Shown piece by piece: positions 1-13,120 of a stretch of 64,000 nucleotides of DNA. Both the position numbers and the translations under genes were made by a program. How positions within the stretch are numbered: position 1 is the stretch's first letter; each line of letters starts with the position of its first letter. Below the pieces are notes generated by a model. It was not told the origin of the DNA, did not search any database, and saw nothing but the letters and a program-made list of their open reading frames with translations. The DNA lies in the NCBI RefSeq assembly GCF_001194135.2, contig NC_068984.1, positions 8,425,844 to 8,489,843 on the forward strand, given 5' to 3'. The stretch is from Octopus bimaculoides (taxonomy: Eukaryota).

Positions 1-343
1 TGTTCAACCATAGAGTCACGCGTGCAACTAAACACATCTTTTAATATCCTTGTTTTGTTTTGTTTTTCATTTTGAAAAGAAAAACTTGTTTTAAATATCG
101 GCGTTGTTTGGTCTGGCTAAATCAAAATGTTTTTTTGGATTCTTCCTTCCCACTTAGAGTCTTTAAATGTAGTTACAAAAATATGTCCTACTGAAATGAA
201 ATTTCAGTAAATTTTTTGTATCTTTGTGCAGCTGAAGATTGCTCCGCATTTTACATTTAATGTAATGCTCACATTGCTTAAATAAATGGAATCGCATGAA
301 ATGATCGTACTGCATTAACCTTCAATATCCTTGTAGCTTATTT

Positions 344-345
<2 letters not shown>

Positions 346-415
<70 letters not shown>
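346..415. repeat. Compound (TA)n(TG)n microsatellite
   Basis: Read directly; abuts a SINE A 3' half. Confidence 0.95.
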
Positions 416-416
<1 letters not shown>

Positions 417-538
417 TTTGTGTCTATGGTTGCCCATCCACCATCGCTTGACAACGGATGTCGGTGTGTTTACGTCCCACTAACTTACCGGTTCGACAAA
501 AGAGGCCGATAGAATAAGTACCAGGCTTGCAAAGATGC
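413..538 (+). mobile_element. SINE family A, 3' half
   Basis: catcgcttgacaac...gtgtttacgtccc...gatagaataagtac matches the fuller copies at 22894 and 28805. Confidence 0.8.
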
Positions 539-1261
539 CAAACCAGATGCCAAACTGTTCCATCATAGATTCTTCATAGCATCCCAGGAAGAATTAAGGA
601 TTTTGTTTTGTATTGCGAATCTTTACTTTAATCAAACATTGAGTTCAAACGTTTGTAGATTCTCTACACTCACACAACATATTTAGAAATGAAATGTAAT
701 GCATCCGACAAATTTCTGTGAAGTTTCCCTCATTAAGTAATTTCGTATTTGTATGTATTTATTTATGTGGCTGGATGTTAAGCAGTTTGCTTCGCAATTA
801 AATGGTTCCGTATTCTTTCATACATCGTGGCACCTTGGGCTAGCGGTTCTACAAGAAAGAGAGAGAGAGAGACAGAGACAGAGAGACACAGAGAGAGACA
901 GACAGACAGACACACACGCACACACACACAGACACACAGAGCCGACACACAGCTCCGAGCCGACCAAATACTGCAAATGGATTTTGTACACGGAAACTGA
1001 AAGAAAAGAAACTCATCGCATAATCAAATTCTTGGATATATGAAGAACTATGGAAACATGTGTTGTGTTTAAAAAAATAACTGTCAAGCTGTACTCCTTG
1101 TTGACTCTATCTCATTCAACTATATATATATATGCGAGTGTGTGTGTTGTGTTTCTGTGAGAGAGAGATAGTGTGTGTGTGTGTGTCTGTGTGTGTGTGC
1201 GTGTGTGTCTGTCTGTCTGTCTCTCTCTGTGTCTCTCTGTCTCTGTCTCTCTCTCTCTCTT

Positions 1262-1292
<31 letters not shown>

Positions 1293-2004
1293 NNNNNNNN
1301 NNNNNNNNNNNNNNNNNNNNNNNNNNNNNNNNNNNNNNNNNNNNNNNNNNNNNNNNNNNNNNNNNNNNNNNNNNNNNNNNNNNNNNNNNNNNNNNNNNNN
1401 NNNNNNNNNNNNNNNNNNNNNNNNNNNNNNNNNNNNNNNNNNNNNNNNNNNNNNNNNNNNNNNNNNNNNNNNNNNNNNNNNNNNNNNNNNNNNNNNNNNN
1501 NNNNNNNNNNNNNNNNNNNNNNNNNNNNNNNNNNNNNNNNNNNNNNNNNNNNNNNNNNNNNNNNNNNNNNNNNNNNNNNNNNNNNNNNNNNNNNNNNNNN
1601 NNNNNNNNNNNNNNNNNNNNNNNNNNNNNNNNNNNNNNNNNNNNNNNNNNNNNNNNNNNNNNNNNNNNNNNNNNNTTATATAAACAGCAAAGAATGTTGA
1701 AAAATGTTAACTAGAATAAATTTATTAAAAGATAAAAACATATTTTAATTTTGCTTGTTTTTTTTAAATTGATAATATCTGAAAAATATCGATTACATAA
1801 ATAAACTAAATTATGAAAATTTCTCCAATATTCTCGATGATTGATACGTGAAAATCTACATATTTTTCAAGAAAGAGTTTGTTCCATTCGAGATATACTG
1901 ATGCTGTTAGACCACAGTGTACTCAGGATGGGATCGTCTTTGTCCACACTTTTCTACAGAATAATAAAGCTACATGGAATCATTCCTGGGTCCATTCATT
2001 ATCT

Positions 2005-2212
2005 TTTTCTGTTAGTTGTATCAGTCATTGGACTGCAGCCTTGGTAGGGAACCGCCTTGAAGAAGTTTAATCGAACGAATCGATATCAATACTTATCTTT
2101 TAAGCCTGGTACTTGATTTATTGGTCACTTTTGTAGAACCGCTGTTACAGGGAGATAAACACCGGTTGTCAAGCGGTGTTGGCACAAATACATACATGAA
2201 GGCAAACACGCG

Positions 2213-2272
<60 letters not shown>

Positions 2273-2400
2273 ATATATATATATATATATATATCTGCCT
2301 CACACACACACACATATACACATACACACACACATACAAACACATGCACACGCATATAGAGGACTGGCTTCTTTTTCGTTTTCCGTCTCTCAAATACCCT
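2005..2400 (-). mobile_element. SINE family A, diverged, with expanded internal (CT)n(AT)n(CA)n
   Basis: Reverse-complement 3' half at 2005-2195, microsatellite, then a short 5'-half fragment near 2360-2400. Confidence 0.6.
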
Positions 2401-3060
2401 TGATGTCAGAAGCGATCTCTCAAACACTGATCAATATATTTGTCTATTATAAAAATTCAGATAAATTAGTAGATGCGTCATACGTGACTGATAGTAAATA
2501 TTCATTGTATTTGTATTCATACATTGAGACATACTCTCCAAAACAAAAATATGAAAGTAAGTTACAGTTGTTTAAACCATGTATCACTTCAAGTATGTAA
2601 TGATAAAGGCAAACAAATCACAGCTAACGCATCCACCATCTTGCAATCACTGATCACGACCGCCATTGGCGATAATGGCACGTTTCTCGTAGGATGACAA
2701 GTAATGACATCTGCCGGTAGTAAAAAATAATAAGCTTGTAGGACTTATTAAAACCAGACACAAATAAATTTATCCTGTAGAACTAGACATAGATATAATT
2801 TGTTCCTCCTTTCTCCTTTACAATTCGTCTCCAAACTAAAGGATAAACGGAATCGGTAACTTTTATATCAGGGTGAAATTTTGGGGAAGTATAATACTTC
2901 AATAGGTTAAAAGTAGATTCCTGAGCAGGGAATCCAGCTCAAATTATTTGAAAGTGTAGATTAGACGACTGGCTATCACTACCAACACAGATGCTTAGCT
3001 GTTGACACTTGGTTAAGTCTTTAACATTCAGATGGCTCTGACAAATTTGATGCTTATCTA

Positions 3061-3430
3061 TCTTTTAGTTGTTTCAATCATTAGACTACGGCCATGCCGG
3101 AGCACTGCCTTGAAGAATGTTTAGTCGGATGAATCGAGCCCAGTACTTTTTTATATTAAGCTTGGTACTTATGTTATAGATTTCTTTGCTAAGTTACGGG
3201 GACGTAAACACTCCAACGCAGTGGTGGAGAAGAAACACGGATACAAAGACACAATTACACACACATATATTCGACGGACGTCTTTCAGTTTCTGCCTACC
3301 AAATCGTCTCGGAAGGTTTTGGTCGGCTCAATTTTGGTAGCAGTAACTTGCGCCAGGTGCCACGCAGTGCAACTGAACCTGTAATCATGTGGTTGGAAAG
3401 CAAGTTTCTTACCATACAGCTATGCCTGCT
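3061..3430 (-). mobile_element. SINE family A, near full length
   Basis: gtttcaatcatt...gccatgccggagcactgcc through ctttcagtttctgcctaccaaat to accatacagc. Confidence 0.8.
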
Positions 3431-3492
3431 TCTATTTATTCATTGTCTAGAATTAATCGTGCCTTATATTGCAGCGTCGATCTGACAGAAAA

Positions 3493-3615
3493 GGCGGCGA
3501 GTTGGCACAAACGTTACCACGCCGGGTGAAATGCTTAGGGGTATTTCGTCTGAATTCATATTCCACCGAGGTCGACTTTGCCTTTCATCCTTTTAGAGTC
3601 GATAAAAAAGAGTAC
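3493..3615 (+). mobile_element. SINE family C (tRNA head plus CORE-like body), partial
   Basis: ggcggcgagttggca...gaggtcgactttgcctttcatcc...gtcgataaaa. Confidence 0.8.
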
Positions 3616-3690
3616 GGCTCACCATAGCACTTACTTAGCGTTACCTGGTATGCTTTGGGTTTTCTAGAATCAATACCTCTCATATATATA

Positions 3691-3848
3691 TAGGCGCAGG
3701 AGTGGCTGTACGGTGCCTTCTTTGCTTAGTAACCACATGGTTCCGTGTTCAGTCCCACTGCGTGGTAACTTGGGCAAGTGTCTCGGGCCGACCAAAGCCT
3801 TGTGAGTGGATTTGGTAGAGGGAAACTGAAAGAAACCTGTTGTATATA
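3691..3848 (+). mobile_element. SINE family A, 5' half ending at its internal microsatellite and a gap
   Basis: taggcgcaggagtggctgt head, B-box-like gttcagtccc, ggaaactgaaagaa. Confidence 0.85.
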
Positions 3849-4293
3849 NNNNNNNNNNNNNNNNNNNNNNNNNNNNNNNNNNNNNNNNNNNNNNNNNNNN
3901 NNNNNNNNNNNNNNNNNNNNNNNNNNNNNNNNNNNNNNNNNNNNNNNNNNNNNNNNNNNNNNNNNNNNNNNNNNNNNNNNNNNNNNNNNNNNNNNNNNNN
4001 NNNNNNNNNNNNNNNNNNNNNNNNNNNNNNNNNNNNNNNNNNNNNNNNNNNNNNNNNNNNNNNNNNNNNNNNNNNNNNNNNNNNNNNNNNNNNNNNNNNN
4101 NNNNNNNNNNNNNNNNNNNNNNNNNNNNNNNNNNNNNNNNNNNNNNNNNNNNNNNNNNNNNNNNNNNNNNNNNNNNNNNNNNNNNNNNNNNNNNNNNNNN
4201 NNNNNNNNNNNNNNNNNNNNNNNNNNNNNNNNNNNNNNNNNNNNNNNNNNNNNNNNNNNNNNNNNNNNNNNNNNNNNNNNNNNNNNNNNNNNN

Positions 4294-4335
<42 letters not shown>

Positions 4336-4363
4336 ATTCCTGTATGTATATTTGTGTGCGTGT

Positions 4364-4402
<39 letters not shown>

Positions 4403-5014
4403 TGTGTGTGTGTGTGTACCATGGTTGCTTTGACAACCTCACCACAGACCAGCTGATAAAATGTAAAACCATGTTTCCACTATGTTCCCATGTTTCCTTA
4501 TGCTAATCAGCTGCATTACAATTGCCTATGAACTCTTCTCTCTTCCATCTACACTTGGCTTACAGTTGGTAAAGCTACACACTCGCATAGTCCAGTAGAG
4601 AAAATATGGAAAACAACAAGCCGTAGTTCCTGTTGCTGTATTAACTGCGCCACGACTGTCGTTGCAATCTTGTCTCCATCTCATAGTGGAATGAAAGAAA
4701 GAAGGACAGGTCCACAGTAACATCATTGCCCAACTTTAAAAACGTCAGAACAAATGATGACAATACTTCACGACTACTATATTGCATCATGCATTAAAAA
4801 TGAATGCAACCGAGATGAATGGAAAACTGATGGCTCGAAAGAGAAGATTCAACATCGTGAAACTGGAAAGAAATGTGCAGTGATCCGAAAAATATCAATT
4901 ACATGGTTCTCTGAAATTAGACAGGTTGATGAAAATGTGTATGTGTATGTTATTTTTGTTTGTGTGTTTGTGTGTTTGTATGTCTGTGAGCATGTATTTG
5001 TGTGTATGTGTGCT

Positions 5015-5056
<42 letters not shown>

Positions 5057-5589
5057 GGTATCTCATTAGTTTATCAAGATCCATTTTCTAAAATAAAAGT
5101 GTGTCCAGCATAATAGGGGAGGACACCCCATTATTAGGCAGGATTGATTCTGACAAAACTAATCTTTTTTTCTCTTAGAATTTTCAAGTTTGCAAATTTT
5201 ATGGGCGTGTAATACCAGTACAGGGGCTGGAATGCATTCGTGGTATTTTTGGTCTACACATTTCCTTTCGCAATTATTGGATTACGGCCAAGCTGGGACG
5301 CTGCCCTCAACAAATCGACTCCATTACTTATTGTTTAAGTCTAGCACTTATTTTGCCTTTATCCTTTACCAACTCGCTAAGATTCGTGTAAGTAAAAAAA
5401 AAAAACAACCCCGGTTCTCTAGTGGTTGCGGTCACACACACACACACACGCTGTTACACAGTATCACGTAAGCGTTCGTTAGACTGTTGCGATTGAAAGG
5501 GAGGCTACAATTTTTTATAAACTGTAAGAAAATATGCTATAATACTTTATGGGTACAATTTATAAAATTTCATTATTCTCTTTAATCAC

Positions 5590-5635
5590 AACTGTCTGAT
5601 GAAGGGTCATGTGATTCGCTCAGTAACAGCTTGTG
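5590..5635 (+). ncRNA. Degenerate minimal hammerhead-like motif
   Basis: CTGATGA-AGGG...CGCT-ca-GTAAC-AGCT; GAAA core mutated and stem II weak. Confidence 0.25.
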
Positions 5636-6227
5636 AACTTTTCTTTCGACTTTAATAAAACAGTATTTTTCTTTGTCTTGGTCATTCACGTGTTGTTTTC
5701 TCCACCTTGTTTTCCACCTATGTGCTAACTTGCGTGTGTGTAAAATAACTCACAAAACATTGTAAAACGCACTTCTCCTAGGTACCGTACATTGTGACTG
5801 AATCTGAGATCATATGGTTGCAAGGTGTGTTTCTTAACCACAAAGCCGCGCCCGTGAATAGATTTCTCGTGTATTGTTTTTTTGAAGAAGAAAAAGCTCA
5901 ATTTTCTAATGTTCTCCTACGATATTCATTAGTTTGCTTATACGCTTAGCAAATATAAATTCTATTTTGAAATATATATGTAAGAAAGTGTGAGTGTGTG
6001 TGTGGGGGGGGTGTATAGGCGCAGGAGAAGCCCGTTGTATATATATGTATATATATATATATATATACATATATATAAGGATATATATACATATATAAGG
6101 ATATAATCATACATATATATAAGGATATATATATATATATAAGGATATAATCATAAAATGATTATATCAGTGGCCTAGCATTTAAAAATGACCGTATAGG
6201 CAATATTAATGTTTTCACGTATATAAT

Positions 6228-6260
6228 TACTAGCTGTTTTTCCCGGTTTCACTCGGGCAG
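6228..6260 (+). mobile_element. Possible Helitron/Helentron-like terminus
   Basis: TACTAGC followed by hairpin CCCGG-tttcact-CGGG; extent of the element unknown. Confidence 0.3.
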
Positions 6261-6852
6261 TGTGGTGGATTTGGTTAAAGGCTATTTCCTATGTATATTT
6301 TGAATAATAAAACGAACTAAAAATAAAAAAAAATAAAAATTCCCAAGACAAAAAAAAAAGTAGGAACAACCCAAAAACAATACGATGCTAAGGATTTTGC
6401 GGGTCGATATTGTAAAACTAACTTCACGTGTGTACCCATAGCCCCATGTAGTCACGGGACCTTATTTGTAGTATAACCTCGCCTTAAAAGAAAAATATAT
6501 GGTCGTGCGGTTGTTGCATTGGCGACACAAGAATGTTAATCGAAACTGTTCAAGATCAATCATAGGTTGGACGTTCATGTACACTGATTAGAATTGTGAA
6601 TTTCAATTATTCAAAACGTGTTCCCGGATGGATACAATTGTGCAGAGTCCGTTTGTCTCAATATGGAAAAGCTGTTTGAATGTCGACGTTTGAAGACATT
6701 TCTGACTGAAATTTAAAAAAACATAGTAATTAGAAAGAGCGTAAGCTATAGCTTATTTTCTTTAATGCACAAAAAATTGAAATTATTTTTTTTTCTGTGC
6801 CTCTAATTAAAATTTCCAAAAACAAACCCAGCCACATTACTTGGAAAAAAAT

Positions 6853-6945
6853 AAGAATAAGTCCTGGGGTGTATTTGCTCGACTAAAGGCGGTGCTCCAG
6901 CATGGCCGCAGTCTAATGAGTGAAACAAGTAAAAGACTGAAAGAA
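6853..6945 (+). mobile_element. SINE family A, 3' end
   Basis: aagaataagtcctgggg...gactaaaggcggtgctccagcatggccgcagtc...aagtaaaaga. Confidence 0.85.
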
Positions 6946-6962
6946 TAATACACACACACACA

Positions 6963-7025
<63 letters not shown>

Positions 7026-7033
7026 TCATGTAT

Positions 7034-7190
7034 GCGACGGACGTCTTTCATTTGCCGTCTTCTTACAAGTCCACTCATAAGACTTTACTACCCCCAAGGC
7101 GATTAAAGAGGATGTGACGCAGTGGAACCAAACCCAGAACCATGTGGTTGGGAAGCAAAGATTTCAGAACACATGCACGCCTGCGCCTAT
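7034..7190 (-). mobile_element. SINE family A, 5' half
   Basis: Ends in reverse-complement head cctgcgccta; ccagaaccatgtggttgg. Confidence 0.75.
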
Positions 7191-8364
7191 GCCACTCGAT
7201 GCTTTGATCTCACCCTCAGTCTTTAACCATTTTTTCTTTATGCAGTTACTTCGATTCAATATCCTGGCATGGGACGTGGATCTTCAATGTTGAGGACGAT
7301 GACGGCTACAGAGATTACAAGTGTTTTATCTTATTTTTCTTTCGGACAGCTATGAGACCCGATATCAGATAATTATTTTACAAAAAGGGATTTTATTCTA
7401 CACCCTGAATATTCCAAAACTTATGCATATATATACACAATGAACTTATCGCTGTCATTTTACAATTCATTCTCAAATCAACATTTCTCACAAATTCGGT
7501 ATTTTGTGATTATATCGAATTTATTTCAGGATTTTTCAATATTTTGAAATACAACTTTTGTGTTTAGCTAAGCAAAAGGTTTTAATTTTAGACTCACTAC
7601 TGTTGATATTACGTAAAATATCTCCAACTATGTTGAAAACTCGTGCTCAATAGATCATCCATTGAGAATGTTCTTCGCTGATATATTATTCTATTGCTCT
7701 GGGGCTAATGGAAATTTCCTGAATAGATATGTAGCATCTAGTTTATTCTTTCCTTGTAAGATATAACACTTTTAGATATTTCGGAACATCTGGGAGAGTT
7801 TTACCAATATTCTTATTCCTTGCATTTCAGAAAATGTTCTTGAAGCCATTAAACTTGAGAACTTGCTGTTCATATTTTGAATGTGGATTGTTTTTGTTAT
7901 TCTTCAATTTCAGTGAGTTTGTTGTTGATATTCATCTTTGAGTTGGAATTAAAATGGGTCCAAAATGTATTCGTATATAATGTATTTATGTACCAATATT
8001 TGTATTGCGTCGTTAGAATAAAATAAACATCTTACATAACTTTTCTAAGTGAGAAATTCTTTCAAAGACATCGATTGAATAATGGACGAATTCTCATCTT
8101 TCTAAAACTCGACGATTTCACGACTGTTTTATTGATTATTTTAAAGGAATATTTGGTTTCTTTTGATGCCTTTTCTTCGAATGGACCCTTATATTTTTGA
8201 TTTTATATATTAGATGATTCCATTCAACGCACACACTTTCTCCATTGAGTGTGACGCTGTTTCGTTAATCGTATGGGTGTAAGTTGTCAGGAAGTTGACT
8301 TTTTTTCTTTTTTTTTATTGTAACATGGCAAAACGCTGAAATTATCAACTCCACATATAGACTC

Positions 8365-9110
8365 TGGTATGGCACTGGTATAGCAGTGTGGTTACGCAGC
8401 TCGGTTTGAAACCTTGTGGACTCGGTTTCGGTCCCATTTTACGATACATTAAGCAAGTGTTTTTGCTACTATAGGCAAAGTCCAGATAATGCCATGTCAG
8501 TGAGTTCATAGTTAAATTAATTTGGCGTGAACAATGTTTAGATATTTGTGTCTTGTTTTGGAAGGTTCTGTGGAATATGTACGTTTGACTGTATGTATAT
8601 ANNNNNNNNNNNNNNNNNNNNNNNNNNNNNNNNNNNNNNNNNNNNNNNNNNNNNNNNNNNNNNNNNNNNNNNNNNNNNNNNNNNNNNNNNNNNNNNNNNN
8701 NNNNNNNNNNNNNNNNNNNNNNNNNNNNNNNNNNNNNNNNNNNNNNNNNNNNNNNNNNNNNNNNNNNNNNNNNNNNNNNNNNNNNNNNNNNNNNNNNNNN
8801 NNNNNNNNNNNNNNNNNNNNNNNNNNNNNNNNNNNNNNNNNNNNNNNNNNNNNNNNNNNNNNNNNNNNNNNNNNNNNNNNNNNNNNNNNNNNNNNNNNNN
8901 NNNNNNNNNNNNNNNNTATATACATATATGTATATATATATATATATGTGTGTGTGTATGTATATGTATATGCGTGTGTTTGTCTTTCCCACCCTATCAT
9001 CACTTGACAGCATATGTTCCTTGGTTTACGTCCTGGTAACCTAGCTGTTCTTCATAAGAGTCCGATAGAAATAATGCCACATATAAAAAAGATAAACATT
9101 AATACTGAGG
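8365..9110 (+). mobile_element. Old SINE family A copy spanning an N-gap
   Basis: Diverged head before the gap, diverged 3' half (catcacttgaca...gtttacgtcc...ccgataga) after it. Confidence 0.5.
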
Positions 9111-9329
9111 TAGAATTGTTTGACAACAACCCTTCAATGACTGTAACAAGTATAATAGTATAAAGGACAAGATAAATGGTAGAAAATATAGTTACAGCAA
9201 AAATGTTATCTTCATAAGGGAATAGTGTTTGAGATTGTTTTAAGTCTTAACCGTATAAACCGTATCTCCGGAAAGGATTATTGTAAAGGAAACTTGTAGT
9301 ATAGTTTACCAATACAAATTTGCGAAAAA

Positions 9330-9501
9330 ATAGCTATAGAGTTGCTTGATACGTGAGGAATATTCTTCTCATTTCTATGTTGAGAAGTAGGGATGTAATC
9401 CACACAAGACCAGATTCATTTCGATGTATGATACATGTCCCTGTGTTGGTAATTATAGCTGTCTTAAACAAAATGGCATTACATTTTGACTCACCCGCGT
9501 A
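9330..9501 (-). mobile_element. Mariner-like 5' terminal fragment
   Basis: Minus strand starts TACGCGGGTGAGTCAAAATGTAATGCC, similar to mariner TA|CGAGGGTGAGTCAAA termini; no partner TIR found. Confidence 0.35.
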
Positions 9502-9504
9502 CAT

Positions 9505-10043
9505 AACTCAAGTAAGTGGTCTGCGAGGTACGTCTAGTTCATTGCAAATCCTCTTATTTTTTTTATTTCCGAGTAATTTGAGTGAATGATTGAGTCACAA
9601 ACATTTCACGTGGTCGGCCATTATTCTGTCCATTGCAAATGGACCCTGTCAGCTCATGAATTCTTTAAACTATTAATATTGATGCAGCTGGTCTTTTAAA
9701 TATTTCAGTTAATTTATGTCTAACTATTTCCCCATTTTCTATTTTCCAGTACTGTTCAATGATCCATTTTACTTCACCGTAGGTCAAACTTCCAGTCATA
9801 TAATACATATCTGAAATCAGGAACAATTTATTTGTTATAGAAAGAAATAGTTTAAAATAACATGGAATCATAAAAGCTTTATCCTAAAGAAGAAATAGAA
9901 ACACGAAAGGGCCATTTTAAGCATATTCGTCAACTGTATACCTACAATTACCCATATCTGCACATGCATATTTTATATCAACTCCTATACTGCACCATTT
10001 GTTAAATCCGTGTTCGTATGCACCCTCTAAATTAAACACAGTA
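9505..10043 (-). mobile_element. Tc1/mariner transposase N-terminal relic (DUF4817-type HTH)
   Basis: Minus-strand peptides WIIEQYWKIENGEIVRHKLTEIF, ELTGSICNGQNNGRPR and RICNELDVPR across frameshifts; putative TIR TACTGTG flanked by TA at 10044-45. Confidence 0.65.
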
Positions 10044-11039
10044 TACCGAACAATTTTAGAACTGACGATCACTTACGTTATATGTTCAGACCACATGGGG
10101 GATCGCTTTACTTTCATTCCTCAATAATACATAATCAGACTGAAATGGTTTTAATTGACAATATCTCTCACCTCTATATATGTGATCTGCTGATGATAAT
10201 AATCTAAGAAACCATGACGATTAACAAAATCTTTATATAAATATGAATGAGGGCAGGATTGCTGCATTCTAATTTCTTGCTAACCGAATTAATTCCTGCA
10301 TATATTTTCTTAATTTATAAGCCAGTGTTCTCATGTTTTTGCTTGTTTTTTGTTTTGTTTTTTAGTAATATTAAAAAGGAATTTCATTATTTATATGAAA
10401 TATGCGCAAAAAGATAAAAATCTACAGCAAGTAGTCAAGTGAAGTATGCCACATGAATATGATTTGAATGTATAATTGTATTTTTGTAGCTCACAGACTT
10501 TTATTTTCAATTGCGGCCTTTTGTTTCTCGTTTCTCACACGTTATTTCCTTCACACTTATAACTCGTGCAATATGCCAAGTACTTTAAACATTCTGAACG
10601 TTGAGAAGAAAAAGAAGTCATCACATGACTAAATAAGAAATGCAACAAGTAATAAACGTGAGTAAAATCAATAATTCAGAAAAAATACCTGCACGTGCAT
10701 TCATATGCCTGACTTCAACATTATTTAGTTAGAAGTTCGAAGTATATGCAGTTCTATAATGCTGCTTTTATACACAAAATTTGTATTCAACTCGACTGGA
10801 ATAGGAATTAAATATGAGTTTTTCTTATCGTACCTAGCAATGGTAATTCATATCTTTAGCTTTTTTTAATCATAGATATTTTTCATTCACTAAAGAAATC
10901 TTAGATTACGTTTTATTTATTTAAAAAGTGTTTCAAATAATAAAAAATAAAAACATTAATTTCCAGCAAAGATTATATAAAACATACAGGTGTGTGTATG
11001 TGGGCGTATGCGCACGCAATACCTAAATGATTGAATCAA

Positions 11040-11041
<2 letters not shown>

Positions 11042-11114
<73 letters not shown>
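11042..11114. repeat. (AT)n microsatellite
   Basis: Read directly. Confidence 0.95.
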
Positions 11115-11115
<1 letters not shown>

Positions 11116-11494
11116 TGGAGTGAAAATGTGTGGGTATGTGCATGTATGTATATATATATAAATGTACAAAAGGAGCGAGAGAGAGAAATAGACTTTGGGA
11201 CCTACTTATATATTTAAGAATGAAGGAATGTATTTAGTAAAAGATAAAAGAAGTTACCAGTTTCTTCCTGTTTAGTTGTTGTTTCAATCCAGTTTTGTCA
11301 TTATCGGGCGTAGTTATGAAACTATATACATCGGCTAGAACCCTTAAGTATCATTAGATACGCCAAGACGTACATTACATAAAATATTCTGCCCCGCTTT
11401 TAAGACCCTGGGATGAGGTTTGAAGGATAGCTGATGGCTATTTCCATATGATCAAGCAACAGTAGGGAATCCCTTCATCCTTATACCTAAAACT

Positions 11495-11535
<41 letters not shown>

Positions 11536-12659
11536 ATACAAAGAATATATATACATGTATACACACATATATGTACATACTTACATCTACATGTGTATAT
11601 ACATGCATATCAGGGTACAGGACGTTAGAACAATAAACTACAGACAACGGAACGAACACATAGGAANNNNNNNNNNNNNNNNNNNNNNNNNNNNNNNNNN
11701 NNNNNNNNNNNNNNNNNNNNNNNNNNNNNNNNNNNNNNNNNNNNNNNNNNNNNNNNNNNNNNNNNNNNNNNNNNNNNNNNNNNNNNNNNNNNNNNNNNNN
11801 NNNNNNNNNNNNNNNNNNNNNNNNNNNNNNNNNNNNNNNNNNNNNNNNNNNNNNNNNNNNNNNNNNNNNNNNNNNNNNNNNNNNNNNNNNNNNNNNNNNN
11901 NNNNNNNNNNNNNNNNNNNNNNNNNNNNNNNNNNNNNNNNNNNNNNNNNNNNNNNNNNNNNNNNNNNNNNNNNNNNNNNNNNNNNNNNNNNNNNNNNNNN
12001 NNNNNNNNNNNNNNNNNNNNNNNNNNNNNNNNNNNNNNNNNNNNNNNNNNNNNNNNNNNNNNNNNNNNNNNNNNNNNNNNNNNNNNNNNNNNNNNNNNNN
12101 NNNNNNNNNNNNNNNNNNNNNNNNNNNNNNNNNNNNNNNNNNNNNNNNNNNNNNNNNNNNNNNNNNNNNNNNNNNNNNNNNNNNNNNNNNNNNNNNNNNN
12201 NNNNNNNNNNATATATATATATATATATATACACACTTCCTTTGTCTATTTATATCTGTGTGTTAGCATATTTATATATGACTATGTATGTCTAGGTGTG
12301 TGTATGTGTGTGTTTGTGTATGTGCGTTTGTATATATGGATGTCTGTGAGTGTGTTGTGTGTTTAGCTTGAGGTTTGATCAGAGACATAACGTAGGTTAT
12401 AGATATTGGCCCAACTACCCTTCTGAATGGAAAGAAATTATAAGTTGCTCTTATTTTAATACAATTCTCATTAAATTATATTTATCTAGATATTCATCTA
12501 TCCATTCAACTAATTATATATCCATATGTATACATGAATATATATCCAAAATGTGGAATGGAGTAGGTAAAATCCAGGCTACATATGTTTCATAGCTAGT
12601 AGAACCTAGTAATTTCCGAAAAGATACTTGGAGTTTATCTACTACATTCCCTAATTTAG

Positions 12660-13120
12660 GATTTTTATGGGTGTACACGTTTTCAATCCAGGACCAGGAG
12701 ATTTCTGCAAAATACTTGTTGAACAAGTAAGACAGTGACGCTCTTGTAATCCCAAGGTTCAACCGCATCTGTAGGCTATGTCTTGTTTCTGTGGAAGACA
12801 TCACACATGTGATTGGCAGCTATCCTAAAATGTCGCCACGGTATGACCTCCCTATGCGGCACGATGTTGTTGCTAAAACAATTTACAATGCCATCCGCAA
12901 AAAATACTGTCGTAAAATAAACATATACAATCCATCTGTTATGGAATACATTCATAAACACTCACTCAAGGAATACTTGTGAAATAGTCCCATCAGATCT
13001 TCTGTCAAATGTAAACATAACAGGGTAGATATTGTTGCTTGGGACAGAGGGGCAAATGTATGTACTATCATAGAGGTCAGCTACCCTGCAGATATAAATA
13101 TCTCTTTGAAAATGAAAGAT
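12660..13120 (+). mobile_element. Non-LTR retrotransposon fragment, R4/Dong-type CCHC plus REL endonuclease region
   Basis: One frame with 2 stops: SIQDQEISAKYL...ICRLCLVSVEDITHVIGS...MRHDVVAK...HNRVDIVAWD...IIEVSYPADINI; truncated at both ends. Confidence 0.85.

Noticed and set aside
7500-8240. AT-rich stretch with decayed coding-like look on the minus strand
   Set aside because: Stops in all frames and no diagnostic motif.
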